A DNA stretch of 64,000 nt. Source: Alphaproteobacteria bacterium (lineage in GTDB: Bacteria > Pseudomonadota > Alphaproteobacteria > Bin95). The notes below the pieces were generated by a model. It was not told where the DNA came from. It searched no databases and was given only the letters and a program-made list of their open reading frames with translations. Where the stretch lies: contig CAXXWS020000003.1 of assembly GCA_963665325.3 (NCBI GenBank), positions 320,001 to 384,000 of the forward strand, given 5' to 3'. The position numbers were made by a program, and so were the translations under genes. Of the stretch, positions 51,686-62,184 are shown piece after piece (the first letter of the stretch is position 1; each line of letters opens with the position of its first letter).

Positions 51686-52555
51686 TCAGGCCGCCGGTTG
51701 TGCGAAAGGCACCGGGTAGCGGTCCGGCGGCAGGAAGATCGTGGTGCGTTTCAGCAGGCGCGGCAGGCCGGCATCGAACGGCTCGCGACGGTGCAGCACG
51801 CGGGCATTGTCCCAGAGCACGAGGTCGCCGCGCCGCCACTCATGCTCGAACACGAACTCCGGCCGCGTCATGTGCTCCACCAGGCGCGCGAGCAGCGGGC
51901 GGCTCTCCTCCGGCGCCATGCCCTCGATGCCGTAGGTCTGCAACGGGTCGAGATAGAGCCCGCACCGACCCGTGCCGGGCTGTGTCAACACCATCGGATG
52001 CACCACGTCGGGCGTGAGCGCGCGGATCGCCTCGACATCCTCCTCCCCGGTGATATCGACTGCATAGATGCGGTAGGCGAACTCCCCGCGCAGCCCTTCG
52101 ACGCGCGCCCTGAGCGCTTCCGGCAGCGCCTCCCAGGCAAGCTGCGTGTTGGCCCAGGAGGTCCGGCTCGCGCCCTTCGGCACCTCGACGGCGTAGAGCA
52201 TGGAGCCGGTGTCCGGGCGCGGCTTGTAGCAGCTGTCCGTGTGCCAGCGCGCCTCGCTGCTCGCAAGCGCTCCGATATTCTCCCCGGACTCGAGGCGGAG
52301 ATTGGAGATCAGCACGACCTCCGGGTTCTGCCGCGAGCGGATATCGGTGCGGACATGGATGTTGACGGTGCCGAGGCGCCGGCTGAAGGCGATCTGCTGC
52401 TCTTCGTCGAGAAGCTGGTTCCTGATCAGGAGCACCGGATGCTCCACCCAGAGCGCGTCGATCTCCCGGATCGCGGCATCGCCCGGCCGTCGGAGGTCGA
52501 TATCGAGGATCTCGACGCCGAACTCGGGATGCAGCGGTTTCGTTTCGAGCGCCAT
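51686..52555 (-). CDS. TauD/TfdA family dioxygenase
   Basis: PLHPEFGVEI, WHTDSCY, HPMVLT, WRRGDLVLWDNARVLHRR. Confidence 0.92.
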   Translation of the reverse strand: MALETKPLHPEFGVEILDIDLRRPGDAAIREIDALWVEHPVLLIRNQLLDEEQQIAFSRRLGTVNIHVRTDIRSRQNPEVVLISNLRLESGENIGALASSEARWHTDSCYKPRPDTGSMLYAVEVPKGASRTSWANTQLAWEALPEALRARVEGLRGEFAYRIYAVDITGEEDVEAIRALTPDVVHPMVLTQPGTGRCGLYLDPLQTYGIEGMAPEESRPLLARLVEHMTRPEFVFEHEWRRGDLVLWDNARVLHRREPFDAGLPRLLKRTTIFLPPDRYPVPFAQPAA

Positions 52556-52657
52556 GTCCTGTCTCCGGTATCCGGGTCCGCCGGTATATTGCGCAAAATC
52601 GTGAAATGCGGGAAGTAAGCCGAATGATCGAGAGCGACACCTCGCGGGAGGAAACCG

Positions 52658-53689
52658 ATGCAGGCCGTTGACGACTCCGGCGTCTGGGCTGTCCGGGATT
52701 TCGCCGGCCCGGAGGACTACACCGTTCGCCTGACGGCGGCCGAGATCGCCGAACTGGACGGGTTCATCGCCGATATGGACCGTGCCGGGAAATCGCTCGA
52801 CGACATCGGCCGCGGGGATTTCCGCTGTCCGCTGCTCGGGGCGCGGCTCGCCGCATTGTACGACGAGCTCCGGGACGGGCGCGGCTTCGCGGTAATGGCG
52901 GGCCTGCCGGTCGAACGCTGGCGCCAGGAGGACGCAGAGCGGGTCTACTGGGCGATGGGCGCGCAGCTCGGCGCCGGCATGTCGCAGAGCGTCATGGGCG
53001 ACCGGCTGGGCCATGTCCGGGACACGACGCGCGAAGACCCGCATGCGCGCGCCTACCGCGCCCGCAGGGAACTCGACCCCCATACGGACCGCGCGCATAT
53101 CGTCGGCCTGTTCAGCCTCCGCGCCGCAAGAACGGGCGGCGTGTCGCACCTGACCAGCGCGCTCGCCGTGCATGACCGGCTGCTCGCCGACCGGCCGGAT
53201 TACCTCGAACGGCTGTACGAGGGCTTCTACATGCACCGCCGCGGCGAGGAGGCGCCCGGCGAGGACCCGGTCACGCCGCACAAGGTGCCGGTCTATTCGT
53301 CCGCGGACGGCAAGGTCAGCTGCCGCTGGGTCAGGACCTATGCCGTGATGGGCCAGGAGGCGAAGGGGGAGCCGATAGGCGGGTTCGAGGAGGAAGCGGT
53401 GGAGGCGTTTCTGGCCGCCGCAAGCAGCGACGAGCTGCAATTGCGGTTCACGCTTGGGCCGGGCCAGATCCTCTGGTTCAACAATTTCACCCACCTGCAT
53501 GCGCGCACGGCCTTCGAGGACTGGGAGGAGCCCGACCGGCGCCGCCACCTGCTGAGGCTCTGGCTCAGGAACGAGGACATGCGCCCGACCGTGCCCGAAA
53601 TCGCCGTCGAAGGCATACAGCCGCGGAAAGGGCGCATGCCATCCTACGATGTAGAGGGTGCCCTGAAGGAGATGCGTGCCCGGAGATAG
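52658..53689 (+). CDS. TauD/TfdA family dioxygenase
   Basis: SQSVMGDRLGHVRD, PHTD, NNFTHLHARTAF, RHLLRLWL; same subfamily as 48016-49071. Confidence 0.9.
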   Translation: MQAVDDSGVWAVRDFAGPEDYTVRLTAAEIAELDGFIADMDRAGKSLDDIGRGDFRCPLLGARLAALYDELRDGRGFAVMAGLPVERWRQEDAERVYWAMGAQLGAGMSQSVMGDRLGHVRDTTREDPHARAYRARRELDPHTDRAHIVGLFSLRAARTGGVSHLTSALAVHDRLLADRPDYLERLYEGFYMHRRGEEAPGEDPVTPHKVPVYSSADGKVSCRWVRTYAVMGQEAKGEPIGGFEEEAVEAFLAAASSDELQLRFTLGPGQILWFNNFTHLHARTAFEDWEEPDRRRHLLRLWLRNEDMRPTVPEIAVEGIQPRKGRMPSYDVEGALKEMRARR

Positions 53690-53902
53690 CGTGCGGACGA
53701 CGCGAGGAATCGTCCGGACGGCGGAAGGCTTGACTTTGCGGCTCGAAGATTGCAAACCGTGCGGGCACGTTACATTCGTCTGGTGCTCTCCGTAGTCCCG
53801 GTTCGCTGGGCCAACCGACATCCCCCCAACAATGTGAACGTTAAATAACAACGCTGTCGCGGGGCGCGACGCATAGAATTCCACCACCTGGAGAAGTCGA
53901 AC

Positions 53903-54109
53903 ATGCCTACCGGTACCGTCAAGTGGTTCAACGCAGTCAAGGGTTACGGGTTCATCGAGCCGGAAGACGGCTCGAGCGATGCCTTCGTCCACATTTCGGC
54001 CGTCGAGCGGGCCGGACTCGCCACGCTCAGCGAAGGGCAGAAGGTCAGCTACGAGCTCCGGCCCGGACGCAACGGCAAGTCCTCGGCCGAGGACCTCTCC
54101 GTCTCCTAG
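53903..54109 (+). CDS. cspA: cold-shock protein (CspA family)
   Basis: GTVKWFN, KGYGFI (RNP1), FVHISA (RNP2); ~210-bp upstream non-coding region. Paralog name uncertain. Confidence 0.93.
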   Translation: MPTGTVKWFNAVKGYGFIEPEDGSSDAFVHISAVERAGLATLSEGQKVSYELRPGRNGKSSAEDLSVS

Positions 54110-54363
54110 CCGTCGTCGCAGGCGGAGGTCGCCCCGGCGAGCTCCCGTGCCGATGAGGGCCCCGGGGCCGGCTTCTCTCCCCGCCTCCGCCCTCTCGGAC
54201 GACCACGAGAATACATGCAGGCAGCCGGTGGGCGCGTGAGCGGCCCGCTTCGCGCTACCCGTGCGCGCGGAACCCGGAAGCCGCGCGGCGGCCCTTTCAA
54301 CTAGCCCGATTTCCTGCAGGCGCGCGCCGGTCCCAGGCATCCGGACCATCGGGAGGTATCGGA

Positions 54364-54546
54364 ATGGGCGTAGGGATTCCGTCCCGAATCGTTCGATATC
54401 GACCGGGCGAATGCTTCGATTGCGGTTGTCTGCGTATTCTACAAGGAGCGTGGGGCTGGGGATTCGAACGGGAGTGAACGCTTCGGCGTCCCCCGCCCTC
54501 CGCCATCGAGATCAAGACCGCCGAGCGGCTTGAGGAGGCCTCGTAG
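54364..54546 (+). pseudogene. possible degraded VOC/glyoxalase gene
   Basis: GGAGG RBS and ATG at 54364. Fragments SRIV / FDI..FYKE / WGWGFE / PP..IKT occur in shifting frames and resemble a VOC N-terminus. Confidence 0.35.
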
Positions 54547-54550
54547 CTCT

Positions 54551-54577
54551 GCCCTGCGGGCGCCCTGCCCGCAGGGC
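54551..54577. repeat. perfect 11-bp inverted repeat
   Basis: GCCCTGCGGGC-gccct-GCCCGCAGGGC; no U-tract follows. Confidence 0.8.
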
Positions 54578-54621
54578 GTCCCGGTGCACTGGCATGACCG
54601 GCCGCACTGCATCGTGCGAAA

Positions 54622-54650
54622 TTGACCTTCCCCGCGGCCATGTCCACAAT
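54622..54650 (+). promoter_or_regulatory. sigma70-like promoter of the sterol reductase gene
   Basis: TTGACC-N17-CACAAT, 32 bp before the ATG; purine-rich GGAGGAAGGGG leader. Confidence 0.65.
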
Positions 54651-54682
54651 CGCCGCGCTGCCGGAGGAAGGGGTATCCGGTC

Positions 54683-55822
54683 ATGATCGACGGGCTCGGC
54701 ATCGGTCACCTTTTCGAGCTTTCCCAAGCCGAAGCGATTGCCGGGTTCTTTACCCCGCTGACGGTTTTCGCCGTGTTCCTGCTCGCGCAGCTCGTCCTTC
54801 CGGGAAAGCGGGTTCCCGGCTACGTCGTGGATCCGCAGACCGGCGAACCCCGCACCTATCGCCTGAACGGCCTTCCGGTATTCGCGCTTGCGCTGGCCGT
54901 GTGGGCGTCCGGGATCACCGGGTTGCCGCAGGACTGGTTCTACAGGTCCTCGATCCCGGCCGTGGCCGGGGGAACGGTGTTCGCCACGCTCTTCACCTTG
55001 CTGGCGGTGTACAGCCAGCCGAAAGGGAAGAAGGGGAATTTCATCCTGGATCTCTGGAACGGACGGGTCCGGGAGCTGTCGCTCTTCAACGGCCGCTTCG
55101 ACGTGAAGATGTATCTGTATGTCGTCGGCGGGACGATGCTGTCGCTCAACGCCTTGTCCGGGGCCGTGTACCACTATGAACGCTTCGGCGAGGACTCCAA
55201 TCCCGGCGTTTTCCTGTATGCGGCGTTCTTTACATTCTATGTGCTGGATTATTTCATCTTCGAGCGCGTCCAGCTCTATACCTACGACCTGATCCACGAG
55301 GGACTCGGCTTCAAGCTGCTCTGGGGCGGTCTCATCGTCTATGGGTGGCTGTTCATCCTGCCCCTGTGGGGCATGGCCGCGTACCCGGACCCCGGATTCT
55401 GGCCGGCATGGACCTATGTCTGGCTCATCGGAACGCCGGCGCTGTTCCTGTTCGGCTGGGGTATCTCGCGCGGCGCCAACATGCAGAAATACACATTCAA
55501 ACGATGGCCCGACCGCAAATTCCTCGGTCTCATCGAGCCTGAATATATCCAGGCCGGCGAGCGCAGGATCCTGTGCAGCGGCTTCTGGGGCGCCGCCCGC
55601 CACTTCAACTATCTGGGCGAGGGCTTCCTGTGCCTGTCGGTGGCGCTCGTATTCGGGTATCCCGGCAATCCCTGGGCCTGGACCTACTTCGTCTTCATCG
55701 TCTCCTTCTTCCTCTGGCGCCAGATCGCGGACGACAGGCAATGCGCCGAGAAATACGGCGCCGGGAAGTGGGCGGAGTACCGGGCGCGGGTGAAATACCG
55801 GATTGTGCCCGGCGTCTATTGA
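54683..55822 (+). CDS. ERG4/ERG24 family sterol reductase-like membrane protein
   Basis: YRLNG, DYFIFE, DLIHEGLGF, ANMQKYTFK, signature ILCSGFWGAARHFNYLGE, DDRQCAEKYG..WAEY..VKYRIVPGVY. Confidence 0.9.
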   Translation: MIDGLGIGHLFELSQAEAIAGFFTPLTVFAVFLLAQLVLPGKRVPGYVVDPQTGEPRTYRLNGLPVFALALAVWASGITGLPQDWFYRSSIPAVAGGTVFATLFTLLAVYSQPKGKKGNFILDLWNGRVRELSLFNGRFDVKMYLYVVGGTMLSLNALSGAVYHYERFGEDSNPGVFLYAAFFTFYVLDYFIFERVQLYTYDLIHEGLGFKLLWGGLIVYGWLFILPLWGMAAYPDPGFWPAWTYVWLIGTPALFLFGWGISRGANMQKYTFKRWPDRKFLGLIEPEYIQAGERRILCSGFWGAARHFNYLGEGFLCLSVALVFGYPGNPWAWTYFVFIVSFFLWRQIADDRQCAEKYGAGKWAEYRARVKYRIVPGVY

Positions 55823-55865
55823 GGGGCCTTGCCTGCGGCGCCGGCGCGAACGGAAGACGAGCCGC

Positions 55866-56088
55866 GTTTCGCCGCCATCGAAGAGGTCGGAGGCCGGGAT
55901 AAATCGAGAAGCCCCGGTCCAGCGCGACCCATTCGCTGCCGTTCTCCATCGCCAGCGCCGCACGGTAGGCGTCCGGCAGCCTGTTCCCCGTCAATCGGAT
56001 CCTGAGCGCGAGATCGCTGAATATCCGCCAGTGGCCGCCGCCGCAGGGCGGACCGGCAGGGAGCGCATCCTGGAGGGCGCGCGGGTCA
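55866..56088 (-). pseudogene. VapC (PIN domain) toxin, C-terminal remnant
   Basis: Minus strand reads LPVRP / frameshift / GGHWRIFSDLALRIRLTGNRLPDAYRAALAMENGSEWVALDRGFSIYPGLR, matching the PIN pattern GN.vPDAy.AAlA.E.g..w.t.DrdF..fpGL. The 5' half is absent. Confidence 0.75.
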
Positions 56089-56514
56089 ATCTCGGGAAAC
56101 GGCCGAAGCCTTTGCGGCGGCCTTGCGGCGGCGGGCGAGGCGCTTTCTGCGTTCGAGGCCGTGGCGCTTCAGGAAGCGCTGCACCGTTCCGAAGCCGAAC
56201 GCGAGGCCCTCGGCCGCGAGCGCGGCGCGCAACGCGTGGATGCCGAGTTCCGGGCGCGCCTCCAGAAGGCGGAAAACCCGCTCCCGCTCCGGCTCGATGA
56301 GCGACGGGCGGCAGCCGCCCTGCCTGGCGGGCCGGAGCTGGCCGCGCCCGCGATACTGCCGCACCCACCGGGAAACGCTGGCTCCGGCGACCTCGAAGAG
56401 CCGGCCGGCGGCCCGCGCGCTCATGCCCCTCTCCACGACCGCCGCGACCGCCCGGCGCCTCAATTGCTCGCCGACCGGCCGGCCCGGCTTCCGCTCCGCC
56501 AGCGGTTCCGTCAT
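56086..56514 (-). mobile_element. IS630-family transposase N-terminal HTH ORF with no DDE domain
   Basis: LRRRAVAAV..GMSARAAGRLFEV..SVSRWVR..RPARQGG.RPSLI..GTVQRFLKRHGL; GGAGGAG RBS; no catalytic ORF downstream. Confidence 0.75.
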
Positions 56515-56558
56515 CGCTCCTCCCCGCTGCAATGCAGCCTTGCGACAGGTTGAGTGGG

Positions 56559-56756
56559 TTATTGGCGCCGGATTCGATGGAAATTGCGCCGGTCCGGCCG
56601 GCCGGCGGACGCACCTCTCCCTTCGAGCGACCACCCGCCGGCCGCCAGGACTGCGCATCCGTTTTGCCGGATACGGAGCGGCGCGGGATAGTATGCAACC
56701 GCCCGCTCCTCCGGCTGTCCCGTCAGGTCATGGTCCCGTTCGCTCCCGTCGGACAT
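56559..56756 (-). CDS. hypothetical 65-aa protein behind a LexA-box promoter
   Basis: GGAGG immediately before ATG 56756; MSDGSERDHDLTGQPEERAVAYYPAPLRIRQNG...RRNFHRIRRQ*. No recognisable family. Confidence 0.4.
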   Translation of the reverse strand: MSDGSERDHDLTGQPEERAVAYYPAPLRIRQNGCAVLAAGGWSLEGRGASAGRPDRRNFHRIRRQ

Positions 56757-56765
56757 TTCCTCCGG

Positions 56766-56807
56766 GAATGAATATAGAACAAATGCGGCGCAATGCAACC
56801 AGTTGCA
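56766..56807 (-). promoter_or_regulatory. alphaproteobacterial SOS (LexA) box overlapping a sigma70-like promoter
   Basis: GAAT-gaatata-GAAC at 56766-56780 (GTTC-N7-ATTC). Minus-strand TTGCAT-N16-TATATT. Palindrome TGCAAC-CA-GTTGCA at 56794-56807. Confidence 0.7.
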
Positions 56808-56836
56808 GGAAAATAAACTCGGCGCCGCCGGTCGCG

Positions 56837-57637
56837 TCAGGCGATCACGCGCTCCAGGGGCAGGCCGCGCACGTCCATCTCGAAGGCCAGGCCCTCGACC
56901 GGCGGGCGCGCATAGGTCCACTGGATGCCGTCCGGCGCGGCGCCGCGCGCGACGATTTCAGGGCCGAAGAGGCCGTGGATCTCGTGGACGGTATAGACTT
57001 GGGCGGCGGTCGCGTCCGCCCAGCCGAAGCCGAGCGCGGCCATGCGGCTCTCCATGGCGCCCAGCACATAGCGCGCCTTCTCCCCCATCGCATCGGGCGA
57101 GGTGTCGCCGAGGCGGATGATCCGGTCCCGGTATTCCCCCGGCCCTTCCGGCGCCTCGCCAGAGCCCGCGATGACGAACGTGCCGCCCGTCCCCTCGTCC
57201 GGAACGGCGGCGCCAACGCCGCCATCCGAACGGTTCATCGCGTTCTGCGCGACGGTGTAGCAGAAGGCGTGGAAGCCCGGTTCGGCGGGCGGGTCCGCCT
57301 CCGGGCAGACATTCGACCGCGCGACGGGGTTCTCCTCGTCCCGGAAGATGCCCCAGCGCTCCAGCGTCTGCACATAAGCCCGGTTGAAGGCGACGAACCC
57401 CTCTTCGCTGAACTGTCCGGGCGAACGCAGCTCGCAGGCGCAGAAGGCCGTCATCGGCCGGCCCGCGGCCTCCAGATGCGCCTCGATCCGCCGGAAGCCC
57501 GCCTCCAGCGGCACGAGGCGGTGGAAGCGCACGCGCTCGATCCGGTAGCCGGGCCCGGCCGCGACGCCGCCCGAATACTGGAACCGCCCCCGGATATAGC
57601 GGTATCCGCCCGGCGCGAATGTCGCCACCTCTGTCAT
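56837..57637 (-). CDS. CnbZ-like protein (2-amino-5-chloromuconate deaminase family)
   Basis: GGYRYI..FQYSGGVAA, FCACELRSP, NPVARSNVCP, FVIAGSGE, ARPPVEGLAFEMDVR. Confidence 0.75.
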   Translation of the reverse strand: MTEVATFAPGGYRYIRGRFQYSGGVAAGPGYRIERVRFHRLVPLEAGFRRIEAHLEAAGRPMTAFCACELRSPGQFSEEGFVAFNRAYVQTLERWGIFRDEENPVARSNVCPEADPPAEPGFHAFCYTVAQNAMNRSDGGVGAAVPDEGTGGTFVIAGSGEAPEGPGEYRDRIIRLGDTSPDAMGEKARYVLGAMESRMAALGFGWADATAAQVYTVHEIHGLFGPEIVARGAAPDGIQWTYARPPVEGLAFEMDVRGLPLERVIA

Positions 57638-57770
57638 GTCCGCCCCTCCCTGGCCTTTTCGACTTGCAGGTTAGCATACCGCCCGGAAGCAGCCGGCAGA
57701 CCCATGACACTGGCAGGGAAACCGGGCTAGGCTCCCTCCCGATTATATCCGGGGGCGCTGGAGAGGGCCG

Positions 57771-59183
57771 ATGAACAAAGAAGACCTCTGTTTCACGCCG
57801 GCAACCGCGCTGGCGGCGGCCGTGGCCGCGCGCGAGCTTTCGCCGGTCGAGATCGTCGATACGGTGCTGGCCCGGATCGAGCGGCTGGAACCCCGGATCA
57901 ACGCCTTTGCTACCCTGACCGCCGACCGCGCGCGCGATGCGGCGAAGGAAGCCGAGGCCAGGGTCATGTCGGGCGACGCGCTCGGGCCCCTGCACGGCGT
58001 GCCGGTCACGATCAAGGACCTTGCCAACACCGCCGGCATCCCGACCGAGCGGGGCTCGCATTCCGAGAAGGGCAAACTGCCGGCGGAGAACGCGCCCTGC
58101 GTGGACCGGCTGGCGGCTGCAGGCGCCATCCCGCTCGGCAAGACGACGACCTCGGAGTTCGGATGGAAGGGGGTGAGCCAGAGCCCGCTCACCGGCATCA
58201 CCCACAATCCCTGGGCGCACGGCCTGAACGCGGGCGCATCCTCGGCGGGTGCGGGCGCCGGCGCGGCGGCAGGCTACGGGCCGCTCCACCAGGGCTCGGA
58301 CGGCGCGGGCTCCATCCGGATGCCGAGCCATTTCTGCGGCATTTTCGGCATCAAGCCGAGCTACGGCCGCGTGGCCCACCTGCCGGTCGGCAATACGGAC
58401 CAGGTCAGCCATATCGGGCCGATGACCCGCACGGTCGCCGATGCAGCCCTGATGCTGCGGGTCATGTCGGGGCCGCACCCGCGCGACCATTACAGCCTCG
58501 AAGCCGCGCCGGCGGACTATCCGGCCCTGCTGGGCGAGGGCGAGCGGCTCCGGGGGGCGCGCATCGCCTGGAGCCCCGACCTCGGCCATGCGCGCGTCGA
58601 TGACGAAGTGGCGGCGCTGGTGGCCGGTGCGGTTTCGGCGTTTGCGGATTTCGGGGCGGAGGTCGAGGAGGTCTCGCCCGGCTGGGGGCCGGACGGGCCG
58701 GAGATCGAGCACTTCTTCTGGGCGGCGCACGAGACGATCTATGCCGGCCTGCTGGAGGAGTTCGAGGACAGGATGGACCCGGGCCTCGTCGCCTGCATCC
58801 GCGACGGGCAGGGCTACCGGGCGGAGGACTATCTGGACATGCGGGCGCGCAAGCTCGCCTATGTGGAGGCGATCCACCGCTTCTTCGAGGATTACGACTT
58901 CCTGCTGACGCCCGCCGTCTCCGTCGCCGCCTTCCCCGCCGACCGCCTCTCCCCCGCGCACTGGCCCGATCACGAATGGAACTGGCTGCAATGGGCGCAG
59001 TTCAGCTACCCCTTCAATCTGAGCCACAACCCGGCGGCCTCGATTCCCTGCGGGTTCACCGAAGCGGGCCTGCCTGCGGGTCTCCAGGTCGTGGGGCGCC
59101 GGCTGGACGATCTGGGTGTGCTCCAAGCCGCCGCCGCCTTCGAGGCCGCGCGCCCTTGGGCGGACAAGCGCCCGGCGCTCTGA
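57771..59183 (+). CDS. amidase signature family protein
   Basis: GVPVTIKD, GKTTTSEFG, GASSAG, GSDGAGSIRMP. Confidence 0.93.
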   Translation: MNKEDLCFTPATALAAAVAARELSPVEIVDTVLARIERLEPRINAFATLTADRARDAAKEAEARVMSGDALGPLHGVPVTIKDLANTAGIPTERGSHSEKGKLPAENAPCVDRLAAAGAIPLGKTTTSEFGWKGVSQSPLTGITHNPWAHGLNAGASSAGAGAGAAAGYGPLHQGSDGAGSIRMPSHFCGIFGIKPSYGRVAHLPVGNTDQVSHIGPMTRTVADAALMLRVMSGPHPRDHYSLEAAPADYPALLGEGERLRGARIAWSPDLGHARVDDEVAALVAGAVSAFADFGAEVEEVSPGWGPDGPEIEHFFWAAHETIYAGLLEEFEDRMDPGLVACIRDGQGYRAEDYLDMRARKLAYVEAIHRFFEDYDFLLTPAVSVAAFPADRLSPAHWPDHEWNWLQWAQFSYPFNLSHNPAASIPCGFTEAGLPAGLQVVGRRLDDLGVLQAAAAFEAARPWADKRPAL

Positions 59184-59189
59184 GGGCAG

Positions 59190-61457
<2,268 letters not shown>

Positions 61458-61473
61458 TACAGAATAGGCTTCC

Positions 61474-62184
61474 TCAGCCTGCGAAACAATCCGCGAGGCG
61501 CAGACGCGCAGCGGGCAGCGCGCGGTCCGCAGGCCCGGCGATGTGACGGGCGAGAAAATGCCCTGTGAGCGCTAGGCCGTCCCGGATATCGCCCGGCGTG
61601 AAATCGGGGGAACCGCTGAGGAAACCCGGCAGGGCGAGCAGGCGGTCCTGCCACTCCGCACCGGCCTCTCGGGCGACGGCCCGGCCGGAGCGCGGCGAGA
61701 CCCAGGCAAGGTCCGTGCTGCCGCCCGTGACTGCACACTTCTCCAGATCGAGGCCGAAGCCGAGTTCACCCAGTAGCGCGACCTCGTAGCCGACATAGGC
61801 CGCAGGCCAGGCCTCGCCCGCCAATGTCTCCAGGAAGGCCAGGAGTCCCGAGAACGCGGCGGGATGCGGCTCGCGCTCCGGCAGGCCCATTTCCGCCACG
61901 GCGCAGGCGCTCTGCAGCCCCGCCAGACGGAGCGGGTCGTCCAGCCAGAGCGCGGCGTGGGCCGTCTCGACCTCGCATGAGAAGGCGCCGAGCTGGTCGG
62001 AAAGCCTCGCCCGCCAGCGCAAGGTGGCAAGCGTGCCGGGCTGGAGCGCCTCCGCCTGCCGGCGGGCGCCCTGCACCAGCCCGGCATGGCGGCCATGCGC
62101 CTCGGTCAGCGCCTGCGCAACGGCCTTGCCCTCCCCGAACGGGCGGGCGGACAGCATGACGGCGCGATCGGTCCAGTCGATCAT
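61474..62184 (-). CDS. recO: DNA repair protein RecO
   Basis: [47 protein letters not shown]. Confidence 0.95.
   Translation of the reverse strand: MIDWTDRAVMLSARPFGEGKAVAQALTEAHGRHAGLVQGARRQAEALQPGTLATLRWRARLSDQLGAFSCEVETAHAALWLDDPLRLAGLQSACAVAEMGLPEREPHPAAFSGLLAFLETLAGEAWPAAYVGYEVALLGELGFGLDLEKCAVTGGSTDLAWVSPRSGRAVAREAGAEWQDRLLALPGFLSGSPDFTPGDIRDGLALTGHFLARHIAGPADRALPAARLRLADCFAG

Noticed and set aside
54148-54160. CCGATGAG as a hammerhead ribozyme core
   Set aside because: The core requires CTGATGA plus a downstream GAAA with matching stems; neither is present.
54466-54479. GAAC-N6-GAAC as a second LexA box
   Set aside because: The spacer is 6 rather than 7 bp, and there is no promoter context.
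54450-54480. tRNA-like GTTCGAATCCCC on the minus strand
   Set aside because: The flanks do not form a T-stem or acceptor stem and there is no CCA or cloverleaf. It is better explained as coding debris.
57680-57700. CCGGAAGCAGCC resembling the SRP RNA loop
   Set aside because: It lacks the CAGG..GGAAGGAAGCAGC context and the long stem, and lies in a short divergent promoter region.
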